A DNA stretch of 64,000 bases, taken from the IMG/VR virus record IMGVR_UViG_3300038499_000012, positions 1 to 64,000 of that record; one strand, written 5' to 3'. Positions 48,109 to 56,608 of this stretch are shown one piece after another. How positions within the stretch are numbered: position 1 is the stretch's first letter; each line of letters begins with the position of its first letter. The DNA comes from a virus (Duplodnaviria; Heunggongvirae; Uroviricota; Caudoviricetes). The notes below the pieces were generated by a model that ran no database searches, had not been told where the DNA came from, and saw nothing but the letters and a program-made list of their open reading frames with translations. The translations under genes were made by a program, and so were the position numbers.

Positions 48109-48567
48109 ATGAACGATTCCCCAGAGGAATTTCCTGTTTCTGTTGAACAGCCTAAAGAAGACCCGCCTAGTACTCTCAGACAGCCTAGTTCCCTAAGAGA
48201 AGTGAATCTTCTTCTTAAAAGCCACCTTCCTCCGTCATCTCCTTTAATCCCAAAACCATCTAGACCTTACGTGAAGTGTTCCTTTTTTCTCACCAAAGAG
48301 GACGGGTCAGACGTACAAATTTTTAATGCCCGACTTATGGAAATGCCCAGGAAGAATGACGTCTTCTTGATCGATAACACCACCTTCGAAGTCGTTAGCT
48401 TCACCAGAATTCTGGCTTTCGCCAATGAGGAACAGGACTATGTAAAAGAGGTGAAGGTGGATGTCTTGGTACGAAAACGTCCTGTCTTCCATCACGGAAA
48501 CGATCAGGAAGAGGATCAAGACCCTTCTGAAGAGCGTAGACCCTTTCAAAGACGTTATTCAAGGTGA
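48109..48567 (+). CDS. hypothetical protein
   Basis: ORF. Confidence 0.3.
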   Translation: MNDSPEEFPVSVEQPKEDPPSTLRQPSSLREVNLLLKSHLPPSSPLIPKPSRPYVKCSFFLTKEDGSDVQIFNARLMEMPRKNDVFLIDNTTFEVVSFTRILAFANEEQDYVKEVKVDVLVRKRPVFHHGNDQEEDQDPSEERRPFQRRYSR

Positions 48568-49014
48568 GCAGTAGTAGTACCCACTAGCCGGGTCCGTTCT
48601 GATAGACACAGATACGGGTTTCTGGAATTGATACCAGGAACCCTTCGTATTCAGCTTAAAATAGTGAATCCAGTACGTTTTCTTGATCACTACCACATCA
48701 CTGACCTTGGTATAGTAAGTCTCGACAACGATTCGGTACTCCTCTAGGCTGTCAGGTTTGAAGACCAGAAAACCATAGTCTGGTACATAAATACTACGAC
48801 CTGAGACCTTAAACTCAAAATCACAGTACCTTGGTGCTCTACTATAATCGATTATTTCGTATTCGAATTTTGAACCTCGAACAGTCTGGTTGTATTCCAG
48901 CTGCTGTTTTGAATAGTCTTTCACCACTGAAGACAGCAACCGTATGAAATCGTAATTCCCATCCTGAGCCAGGCATAGAATAGGCATAATCAACAGTGTT
49001 TTCAGCCACTTCAT
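48559..49014 (-). CDS. secreted protein
   Basis: Signal peptide MKWLKTLLIMPILCLAQD. Confidence 0.35.
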   Translation of the reverse strand: MKWLKTLLIMPILCLAQDGNYDFIRLLSSVVKDYSKQQLEYNQTVRGSKFEYEIIDYSRAPRYCDFEFKVSGRSIYVPDYGFLVFKPDSLEEYRIVVETYYTKVSDVVVIKKTYWIHYFKLNTKGSWYQFQKPVSVSIRTDPASGYYYCSP

Positions 49015-49087
49015 AGTAACCTCCTTTTTTTAGTTATGCGATTAAATTAGGAGCTTATTACAGAAGGTTTATATTTGCTGGGATTGG

Positions 49088-49100
49088 GCGTATAATAAGT
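49088..49100 (+). promoter_or_regulatory. promoter motif gggcGTATAATAAgt
   Basis: Same family as the other four copies; ~20 nt upstream of the ATG at 49118. Confidence 0.3.
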
Positions 49101-49117
49101 ACAGGAAGGAGCAACTT

Positions 49118-49351
49118 ATGGTCAGATTACCGAACAATAAGGTCAACATTACCTGGGAACAGCTGAAAGCCGCTACGGGTATGTCTGAGACCTTTTACAT
49201 TGAATTGAGTGAGTGCGAGAGGTACCACGACCTGAACGAGAGCTACAAGAAAACACGGGAACCGTACACGAAACCTGAATGCAGGACGATTAGTTTTCGG
49301 AAGGAACTCCATGAAACTGGCAACGGAAGCGGAAACGACCACTGTTTCTGA
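49118..49351 (+). CDS. hypothetical protein
   Basis: ORF with RBS aggaaggag. Confidence 0.3.
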   Translation: MVRLPNNKVNITWEQLKAATGMSETFYIELSECERYHDLNESYKKTREPYTKPECRTISFRKELHETGNGSGNDHCF

Positions 49352-51212
49352 AGAAGTTCCATCCTACTCCTTTGGCATCCGTAGCCTCGATATGGGTTTG
49401 GTCATCGAGGTCCTACGGTCCAAAATGTACACCAATCCCATACGCATCATCTGCCAGGAAATAGCTGCAAACGCCCGGGATGCAAATCGAGAAGCGGGCA
49501 ATAAGAACAGTCCGATCAAAATCCGTTTTGACCAAAACTTTTTCAACAACAAGGGCTGCAGCATAGTCATAGAAGATGATGGTCCTGGTATCAGCCCTGA
49601 ACGCATGACCGAAATCTTTATCAACTACGGAGCATCAACAAAGCGCCATACCAACACTCAGACCGGAGGATTCGGACTCGGATGTAAGACCCCCTTCGCC
49701 TACACGGACACTTTCACTATCCTGACGAAAGTCGATGGAGTCAAATACACCTATCAGGCTGTAATTGAGAAGAACCGTACCGGAAAGATTTATCTGTTAT
49801 TTCAAGAACCCACTTCCGATCCAAACGGCACCGCCATCATCATTCCAGTTGGAGAGTACGAAAAAAATACCTTCATCAAAGAATGCCATAGGGCTACCCT
49901 TTTCTGGAATCCCAGGCCGGTATTAGATCCAGCTTTTATTACGCCTTTGCCGGCCCTGAAAAAGCATGAGGACAGTTTCATCATAGACACGGGATTCTGT
50001 GGTCTCTACGCCGCGGGTATATACGCTCTTGTGGACGACATACCCTACTTTTTCAACAACAATGATAGCTTCAATAAAATCGCTATTTTTCTCCGATTCA
50101 AGACAGGGGAACTGTCCATATCAGCTAATCGGGAAACGCTGCACATGGACAACGAGACGGAAGAGAAGATCACAAAACGATATAAGAGTTTTGTTGCATC
50201 TTACACAAAAGCTGTTTTCGAAGAGATAGACAAGGCCCCGACATATTATCACGCGGCAATCTTGTATAGTGCTTGTTCCGACAACCCTATAGTGATGGAA
50301 TGCTGTGAAGATCCCAAATGGAATGGCATCCCAATCAAAACTGATTTCAATGATCTTTTTCATTTCTTAAGATTGAAGAAAGGGACACACTTAGAATCCG
50401 TTTATCAAATACCAGCCGATTTTTTGGTTGTTCCTAAGTATATCAATGATGCCAAGTCTTTTCACAAAGCTCGGTTCAATGAAGCCGCGCTTAAACATCC
50501 AGATTCAAAACCATATCTGATATACGCAACGGGTGGTAGTGAAGAAGAAAAAGAAAAGTCCCTTATTGCTCTCCTCAATACATGCGGCAAAACAGAGTTT
50601 CTGTCTTCGATACGCATCCAAAAAAAGTCTTGTTCTATCAGAGAAAAACGAAATACTCTCGTATATCACTGTTCTACTGGATGGCACAGCAGAAATCCGA
50701 TATCTCCACAACGTATAGACTCCACCGCAAAAGGGTACTATATTCCATTCAAGTTCAAAAGAGATCTGACCCAGGAACAGATGTATTGGGGCAGGAATAT
50801 TTCCGCCATATCGAAAGAGAACGTATATTTCGTCAAAGGGCACTCAATAACGGCGTATCCAAACCTCCTACCGTTGTCGGTTGCGGAGAAGAAATATGAA
50901 GAGCAATTCAAAAATCAAGCCCGTTCAGGTGTATTCAAGAAACATGGACTTGACTTAAAACTACTCAGGAAATTGAATTTTCCTAAAGAAATAAAGAAAC
51001 TGATAGGCCCGGATGTTGCGGATGACTTCGTCATAAACGAAAAAATGCTTGCTAAGTACATAACCGAACAAGAAAAGATCGAGATAAAAGGTATTTTGAC
51101 GACATATCCTTTGCTGACTTATTACAATGGCCCTCATACGGAAGAATTCAATAAATACATACAGGTAAACTACCGCCAGGACAAGCCGGCGGCTTTAGAC
51201 CTGAATCCCTGA
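49311..51212 (+). CDS. GHKL-superfamily (histidine kinase-like) ATPase domain protein
   Basis: N-box EIAANARDA, G1 box IEDDGPGISPERMTEIF and G2 box GGFGLGCK; no HisKA/DHp region. Confidence 0.5.
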   Translation: MKLATEAETTTVSEEVPSYSFGIRSLDMGLVIEVLRSKMYTNPIRIICQEIAANARDANREAGNKNSPIKIRFDQNFFNNKGCSIVIEDDGPGISPERMTEIFINYGASTKRHTNTQTGGFGLGCKTPFAYTDTFTILTKVDGVKYTYQAVIEKNRTGKIYLLFQEPTSDPNGTAIIIPVGEYEKNTFIKECHRATLFWNPRPVLDPAFITPLPALKKHEDSFIIDTGFCGLYAAGIYALVDDIPYFFNNNDSFNKIAIFLRFKTGELSISANRETLHMDNETEEKITKRYKSFVASYTKAVFEEIDKAPTYYHAAILYSACSDNPIVMECCEDPKWNGIPIKTDFNDLFHFLRLKKGTHLESVYQIPADFLVVPKYINDAKSFHKARFNEAALKHPDSKPYLIYATGGSEEEKEKSLIALLNTCGKTEFLSSIRIQKKSCSIREKRNTLVYHCSTGWHSRNPISPQRIDSTAKGYYIPFKFKRDLTQEQMYWGRNISAISKENVYFVKGHSITAYPNLLPLSVAEKKYEEQFKNQARSGVFKKHGLDLKLLRKLNFPKEIKKLIGPDVADDFVINEKMLAKYITEQEKIEIKGILTTYPLLTYYNGPHTEEFNKYIQVNYRQDKPAALDLNP

Positions 51213-52410
51213 GCAAGTAACGCTATGACGCGATACAACCTCAAGTCCATAACCCGATCTTTCTTGGGTGTTTACAGACCCCATCCTGCGAAAGCCTTGC
51301 TCTCGCAGGATATATCGTCCCCGTATATTCTTAGAAGCCGTCAGGTCTGCATCTCCTCTGTAGCCGCAGGCCATACATCGGAATTGCAAACCAATACGGT
51401 TCCCCTTAGCAATATGGCCACATTTCGGACACGTCTGAGATGTGTAGGCCGGGTCTACTGTCTCAGTCTTTATGCCTTTCTCGGCAAGCTTATAGCCCGC
51501 CTTGAACTGCAAAGAAGAATACGGCCACCGACAAACCTTCTCTCTAAGGTCCTTGCCCTTTTTCAGAGAAGCTTCTCGGATATTGCTAAGGTCTTCGAAC
51601 ACGACCACCCGAGCATTAGACTTAACGGCGTACTGAGTCAAGGCCTTAGAGGCAACATGCATAAGCTGTTCCGTAATGGCCCTTTCGCGGTGTGCCAATC
51701 GCTGAAGAAGGCGATGGGCCGACCGGGTACCTACGGCTTGAATCTTACTCCGTCGAGTCCTGATACATTTTCTCTGGTGGTTAAGTTTTCCGCCCGAAAA
51801 GAAGAAGGCTTTATTATTGGAGGAGTTCGAGGCAACAAGCATACGCTTGATGCCAGAATCCACTCCAATGATACAGCCCTGTTGAGCAGGTTCAGGGATG
51901 TCTTTTTCGTAGCTCAGAAGCAGGTACAGTTTATTTTTGACTTGTTTAAGTTTCGAGTCCTTCCACGTATTTGTCGGAGCTATGCTCGGGTGATACAAGG
52001 AAATGCGTTCACCCCAAAGGGTGACACCTTTCCCCGACTTGTTGAAGTCCCGTTTCCATACCAGAGGGATCACGGCGTTCTTAAAGACTGCCAGTTTCCA
52101 TCTTTTGTTGGACTTGGCCGTGTTATATGTAGCTGCAATTTGCTTGCAGATACTGCAGGCAAGTTGCGAAGGAAGTTGGAACTTATCACGAAGGACGGGG
52201 TAATGGGCTTTGGCGATGCGATTCGAGTTCAGCTCTTTGGAGTTGAAGACGATAGGCGAGAGCCAGTTAAGGGCCTGGATATAATTTTGGATTATTGTTG
52301 GGGCCTTAGAGGAGCCATTAATTTTGATTTTAGTAGTTCTGATAGTTTTCACGGTAGTAGGTCCTATGTACTACCGTAGTGAATATCGAAAGATTATTAC
52401 GGTATCCGCT
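51050..52410 (-). mobile_element. IS605-family tnpB-only element (IS1341-like); ends approximate
   Basis: TnpB ORF. Subterminal hairpin cggtagta...tactaccg (~52352-52376) at the tnpB 5' end. TTAC next to the 18-bp motif at ~52383-52400. Confidence 0.35.
51195..52352 (-). CDS. tnpB: TnpB (IS200/IS605-family OrfB, RuvC-like RNA-guided nuclease)
   Basis: RuvC-I GVDSGIKRMLV, RuvC-II VVFEDLSNI, zinc finger CPKCGH...CMACG, RuvC-III DADLTASKNI; GTG start. Confidence 0.8.
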   Translation of the reverse strand: MKTIRTTKIKINGSSKAPTIIQNYIQALNWLSPIVFNSKELNSNRIAKAHYPVLRDKFQLPSQLACSICKQIAATYNTAKSNKRWKLAVFKNAVIPLVWKRDFNKSGKGVTLWGERISLYHPSIAPTNTWKDSKLKQVKNKLYLLLSYEKDIPEPAQQGCIIGVDSGIKRMLVASNSSNNKAFFFSGGKLNHQRKCIRTRRSKIQAVGTRSAHRLLQRLAHRERAITEQLMHVASKALTQYAVKSNARVVVFEDLSNIREASLKKGKDLREKVCRWPYSSLQFKAGYKLAEKGIKTETVDPAYTSQTCPKCGHIAKGNRIGLQFRCMACGYRGDADLTASKNIRGRYILREQGFRRMGSVNTQERSGYGLEVVSRHSVTCSGIQV

Positions 52411-52437
52411 CGTGTCACAATCATAAAAGGAGTGATT

Positions 52438-53523
52438 ATGGACTTGGGATGGATCATCACAAAACAGCATGTCATCGTCGCCCACAACGGTGTTCCGCAG
52501 GCGTTTCCCAAAACAGCTTCCATCTATTCACAGATCATGAAGTTTATCCGGAAAAAGGATAAACAAGGACTCATAGGTCTTCTGCATCCTGAGAAAGCTG
52601 TGGAGCATTTTTCCAATGGACAGCTGGAGATGACCGGTAATCAAATCAAGAAAAAGGACACTGGAGAAGCGATCGATGGAATTTTGGCGCAAAAAGTATT
52701 CGGATTCATAAACAATGGACACCCATATACTCCTTACAAGAAATTCCTGAAGAATCTGGAATCCAATCCCAATAAGGATTCCAGAGATCAGTTGCTCATT
52801 TTCCTGAAGCACAATAATTTCCCCATAACCCCTGATGGGTGTTTCCTAGCCTATAAGTACGTGACGGAATCCAACGGTAAGTTGATGGACTCGTACTCGA
52901 AGACCTTCAACAACAATCCTGGTCAAATCGTCGCCATGGATCGCAAGGATTGTGATCCTGACCGGACTGTTACCTGTAGTAAGGGACTCCATGTCGCGGC
53001 ATATGCTTATGCTAAGGATTGTGGTGGGGGTTCCACAGTCATTCAGGTCAAAGTGAACCCCAAGGATGTTGTGGCAGTTCCTGAAGACCACAACAACCAA
53101 AAAATAAGGGTATGCAGGTATGAAGTTCTAAAAGCCGGGGCGGGAGAGGTAACGGCGGACTACAGCCGAATTTCAAAGCAGGAAATACCGTCACAAGTAC
53201 AGCAGGACGATAAGATCAATTTCAACACCATGTCCGGACAGGCCATCATTGATTACGTGAAGGAGAAGACTGGCCATGTCATCCCAGTGACTCCCAAGAG
53301 CAAGAAAAGCGTCATCAAGCATGCCCTGAAGGCTTTGGGTATGGCTTCCAAAGTATCGACGAAAGACACCATTGACCTCAAAGGTAAGTCAGGGAAAGAG
53401 ATAGTGGATCTTGTCTTCGCACAAACAGGAGCCAAAATTACCTGTTCCGTTAAGAGCAAAAAAACCGTACTGAAACAGGCCTGGAGCTTCCTCGTAAACC
53501 ACGGCCTTAAAGTAGCAACCTGA
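52438..53523 (+). CDS. hypothetical protein with C-terminal ~40-aa tandem repeats
   Basis: Start at MDLGW with RBS aaaaggagtg. Repeats SGQAIIDYVKEKTGHVIPVTPKSKKSVIKHALKALG and SGKEIVDLVFAQTGAKITCSVKSKKTVLKQAWSFLVNHG. Confidence 0.35.
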   Translation: MDLGWIITKQHVIVAHNGVPQAFPKTASIYSQIMKFIRKKDKQGLIGLLHPEKAVEHFSNGQLEMTGNQIKKKDTGEAIDGILAQKVFGFINNGHPYTPYKKFLKNLESNPNKDSRDQLLIFLKHNNFPITPDGCFLAYKYVTESNGKLMDSYSKTFNNNPGQIVAMDRKDCDPDRTVTCSKGLHVAAYAYAKDCGGGSTVIQVKVNPKDVVAVPEDHNNQKIRVCRYEVLKAGAGEVTADYSRISKQEIPSQVQQDDKINFNTMSGQAIIDYVKEKTGHVIPVTPKSKKSVIKHALKALGMASKVSTKDTIDLKGKSGKEIVDLVFAQTGAKITCSVKSKKTVLKQAWSFLVNHGLKVAT

Positions 53524-53534
53524 AGGAGATAGGC

Positions 53535-53801
53535 ATGAGCTCAATAACCATCAAGAATGCCACGGTATGGCTGACGACTGTGACTCTGACAGAACTAATG
53601 GATGCCTGTGAGGATGCCAAAGAGAAAGGCCTGACTCAGGTAACCATCAGGTCGGAATTCGTTCCCATCGAGTTCGTAGTGGACTTAAAACCTGAGACAG
53701 AATCCCTGGGATATCAAATGGTCATACCGGAAAAGTCTTCTGAGGATAACGGCGGTAGGGTCATTGAATTCAAAAAACCGACAAGGCCATCAGCAGCATG
53801 A
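53535..53801 (+). CDS. hypothetical protein
   Basis: ORF with RBS aaggag. Confidence 0.3.
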   Translation: MSSITIKNATVWLTTVTLTELMDACEDAKEKGLTQVTIRSEFVPIEFVVDLKPETESLGYQMVIPEKSSEDNGGRVIEFKKPTRPSAA

Positions 53802-54235
53802 TCATAAAGGACTTCGAGCATGGTGGATTTCCAATCAACAAACGGAATCCTGTCCTATGCTTTTTTACAGGGGATGGAATACAGCCCACGGCCGTTTTCA
53901 TTGCCTATGATCGAACAACCTTAAAAACCATACTCACGAGTAGAGTTATCGTGAAATGCCTGGGTATTTGGCCGGGAAAAATGAACACAGACTGCTACCC
54001 TCTGAATATTGAAGAATACAAAGATATCCCGACACCCCCTTCAATAAACAGAGACATAGACAACGCAATCAGCATCGTACTAACATATGGCAAGAAACAG
54101 AAGTTATCCGGAGTACGTTACAGCATCCCAAAAGAGGAAGGGGAAGGCTTTGTAGAAATTGTTTCCAAAGACCCTGATCTCGCAGAGTATGTCACCAAAG
54201 TAGGGCTCAAACACAGCTCAATAATCGAGGAGTGA
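53798..54235 (+). CDS. hypothetical protein
   Basis: ORF overlapping the upstream stop. Confidence 0.3.
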   Translation: MIIKDFEHGGFPINKRNPVLCFFTGDGIQPTAVFIAYDRTTLKTILTSRVIVKCLGIWPGKMNTDCYPLNIEEYKDIPTPPSINRDIDNAISIVLTYGKKQKLSGVRYSIPKEEGEGFVEIVSKDPDLAEYVTKVGLKHSSIIEE

Positions 54236-54312
54236 CCGTCAACGTGAAAAAAGTGGATATCTCCCAGCATCGGAAGATTTTCAAGACTAACCGTTAAACA
54301 AAAGTTGATCAC

Positions 54313-54582
54313 ATGAGAATATCTTCGGCACGTGCAGATTCTTTAGCACAGGCTGTGGCATACATACAAGATGGCGAAATAAGTCGCCCAATTCGCATGA
54401 TTAACGAGGTAATCAAACAATTACGTGATAGTGACGACCCCAAATTGCCACCGTTTGATGGTGTGTGGAATCATGTAAAGCAGAAGTTGTGGATCGAAGG
54501 TAGACCTGAGATCAATCTTGGAACGTCTGCAAGCTGCAAAGAAACTTACGATTACATTGCAAAAATAGGGGCATATCCGTGA
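54313..54582 (+). CDS. hypothetical protein
   Basis: ORF. Confidence 0.3.
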   Translation: MRISSARADSLAQAVAYIQDGEISRPIRMINEVIKQLRDSDDPKLPPFDGVWNHVKQKLWIEGRPEINLGTSASCKETYDYIAKIGAYP

Positions 54583-54935
54583 GATATCCAGACAGGGAAC
54601 CTAGGAAGATAAGTTCAGTTAACGTGGGTAAGTTTATTGATCATGAGGCTGTTCCTCAAGAAGATGGCAGAATAGCAGTCTTTAAATTCACGAGACTGAC
54701 GAAGAACAGTTTGGGGAATATGCGAAGATGCTTGTAGCATCCGAGAAAGATGTAGATTCCTTTTCAAATGAGATACCCCCATACGAGGCCATTAGTGCGG
54801 GTGAGAAGCTACATGCGTATAAGTATGGCGGAATCTTGTCCATGCGAATGGGATGGTATATCACTCCTAAAGTAGAACCAAATAGAGTTTTAAGGTCGAA
54901 GCAAATAGCCATGAGCTAAGATAGGATACCCAACG

Positions 54936-55253
54936 ATGCTTATGAAACTTCATATAGAACTCGATACCGTAGCCGTAGTGAAGAAAGAAGACCTATTATA
55001 CAGTCCTGACGGGACCTTACTGGGAGTCCAACCCCCTTTTGCATCACGTATCTTGCGTGAGACTGTGGGAAATGTCCCGGATACAGACATAAGAGTAAGC
55101 CTTGAGGAAATCAAGGGAGAGAAAGACCTTCCACAGGATTGGGAAATGAACTGCATCCCTTTCTTTGAAGAAGAGGACCGTACCATACGAGATATCCTTG
55201 AACAGAAACACATAGATGAAACCCATATACTTTGTGACCGCCATAGCGTCTAA
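54936..55253 (+). CDS. hypothetical protein
   Basis: ORF. Confidence 0.3.
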   Translation: MLMKLHIELDTVAVVKKEDLLYSPDGTLLGVQPPFASRILRETVGNVPDTDIRVSLEEIKGEKDLPQDWEMNCIPFFEEEDRTIRDILEQKHIDETHILCDRHSV

Positions 55254-55500
55254 TGAACGTGCATACAGGAGCAGGTGCTGGGCATGGTACCCTAATATGT
55301 TAGGGGCATCCAAAGCTGCCCTACGTAACGACAGCGATATGCACGAGCAGTCCTACGACTATCTTGTGATAGAAAAGATGTCGTCTGGTGTGATGCAGAT
55401 AGCCGAACAGGTCCAATGGTATCGCTGGGTGAAAGGAAAGTGGAAGGATTGTAGTGTCCCCAAGTTTGCTAAAGGTATCGTCAACTGGTGCGTGGGGTAG
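55216..55500 (+). CDS. hypothetical protein
   Basis: ORF. Confidence 0.3.
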   Translation: MKPIYFVTAIASNERAYRSRCWAWYPNMLGASKAALRNDSDMHEQSYDYLVIEKMSSGVMQIAEQVQWYRWVKGKWKDCSVPKFAKGIVNWCVG

Positions 55501-55730
55501 AAATGAAAGAACGTATGCCATTCGTTATCCAAGGAAATTTCAGGAAAGAATTTCTGGAGAGTATGGGCTATAAGCCGTTCGTTCCAGCACCGATTGAAAT
55601 AAGTAAAGACCCTGTCATGCCGATAATGCATATCGTTGAAGGATTATTTCCTAAATGCAAATATTTTAACGATAAAAACATAGATGCTACCACACAGAAT
55701 CAAACCTTAAATAAAGTGGGACACCTATGA
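55488..55730 (+). CDS. hypothetical protein
   Basis: ORF. Confidence 0.3.
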   Translation: MRGVEMKERMPFVIQGNFRKEFLESMGYKPFVPAPIEISKDPVMPIMHIVEGLFPKCKYFNDKNIDATTQNQTLNKVGHL

Positions 55731-56179
55731 CGAGCCCATGGTTAGACTCTTTGTTTGATGGGATAGAATTAGACATCTCTGACAAAAAACGAGCAATAGA
55801 CCTGATAAAGAAAGCCCTTAGCTCACTGAGCCCCCTAGAACTGGAAGAGCTGCATGCATTGCAGCCAAGTATCATGGTGGAAGTTACTCGTAGTTCGGAT
55901 GCGGTTGTTAGAGGAAAGAATAGAGAGGAATACCCGACCTTCGTAGTTGTAGGTAGTAATAACGGGACGGCTCTCTGTTTGGGCCCCTGTCCTGACCCTG
56001 ACCCATCAAGAAAAGAACAGCCTTATTACTGGAGAGATGCAGGTCAGTGGGGTACCTACGCCAAAAAAGTAGAAGGCCAACTCCTGATAGATTATCCAGA
56101 GATGCCTCATCTACACAACACTCCTCTGATTGAGATCAGCCAAAAAGAATGGCGAAAGAGCAACGACAGGTATCTATAA
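55727..56179 (+). CDS. hypothetical protein
   Basis: ORF. Confidence 0.3.
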   Translation: MTSPWLDSLFDGIELDISDKKRAIDLIKKALSSLSPLELEELHALQPSIMVEVTRSSDAVVRGKNREEYPTFVVVGSNNGTALCLGPCPDPDPSRKEQPYYWRDAGQWGTYAKKVEGQLLIDYPEMPHLHNTPLIEISQKEWRKSNDRYL

Positions 56180-56385
56180 ACCTTTCTTGACTAGACTGCA
56201 ATGAAGAGTTTGAAATGGCAACATTTTCCCTTATTCTTCTCTGCGGAGTGTTGCTGCTTTTTAGAGCAATAAAACTATTCAATGACGTCAGAATATTTAT
56301 TGGCATGGTCACTCTTGTTGTAAGCTTATTTTGCTTCTGGTGTTGCTTATACCTTCTGACCCACTGATGCCCTAACGCAAAAAAT

Positions 56386-56412
56386 AAAGGGACCGATATT
56401 TCTACCGGTCCC
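56386..56412. terminator. bidirectional intrinsic terminator-like hairpin
   Basis: gggaccg-atatttcta-cggtccc stem-loop with T/A-rich flanks, between convergent gene sets. Confidence 0.35.
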
Positions 56413-56438
56413 TTCTCTTCGTTCTCAACCTCAATTCA

Positions 56439-56606
56439 TCAATTTTTACAAGGACGAGGACGACCCTTCGGCTTGATGATGAACTGCTCCCACATCTTCA
56501 CTACTACTTCAAAAATGAATAGATTGTGGGACCTGGCATATTCCTCAATCTGCTTATAGACCGACTGAGGAACGCCTATGGGTTGTTTAGGCTCAGCTCT
56601 TGGCAT
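56439..56606 (-). CDS. small ribbon-helix-helix-like protein (not in the ORF track, 55 aa)
   Basis: ATG 3 nt after the Ro60 stop, using caggagtaagt as RBS. MPRAEPKQPIGVPQSVYKQIEEYARS resembles Arc/CopG-type RHH. Confidence 0.25.
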   Translation of the reverse strand: MPRAEPKQPIGVPQSVYKQIEEYARSHNLFIFEVVVKMWEQFIIKPKGRPRPCKN

Positions 56607-56608
56607 AC

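Noticed and set aside
51225-52379. 384-aa plus-strand ORF antisense to tnpB
   Set aside because: The minus-strand product has complete RuvC-I/II/III and zinc-finger motifs. The plus-strand ORF has no recognisable features and is a shadow frame.
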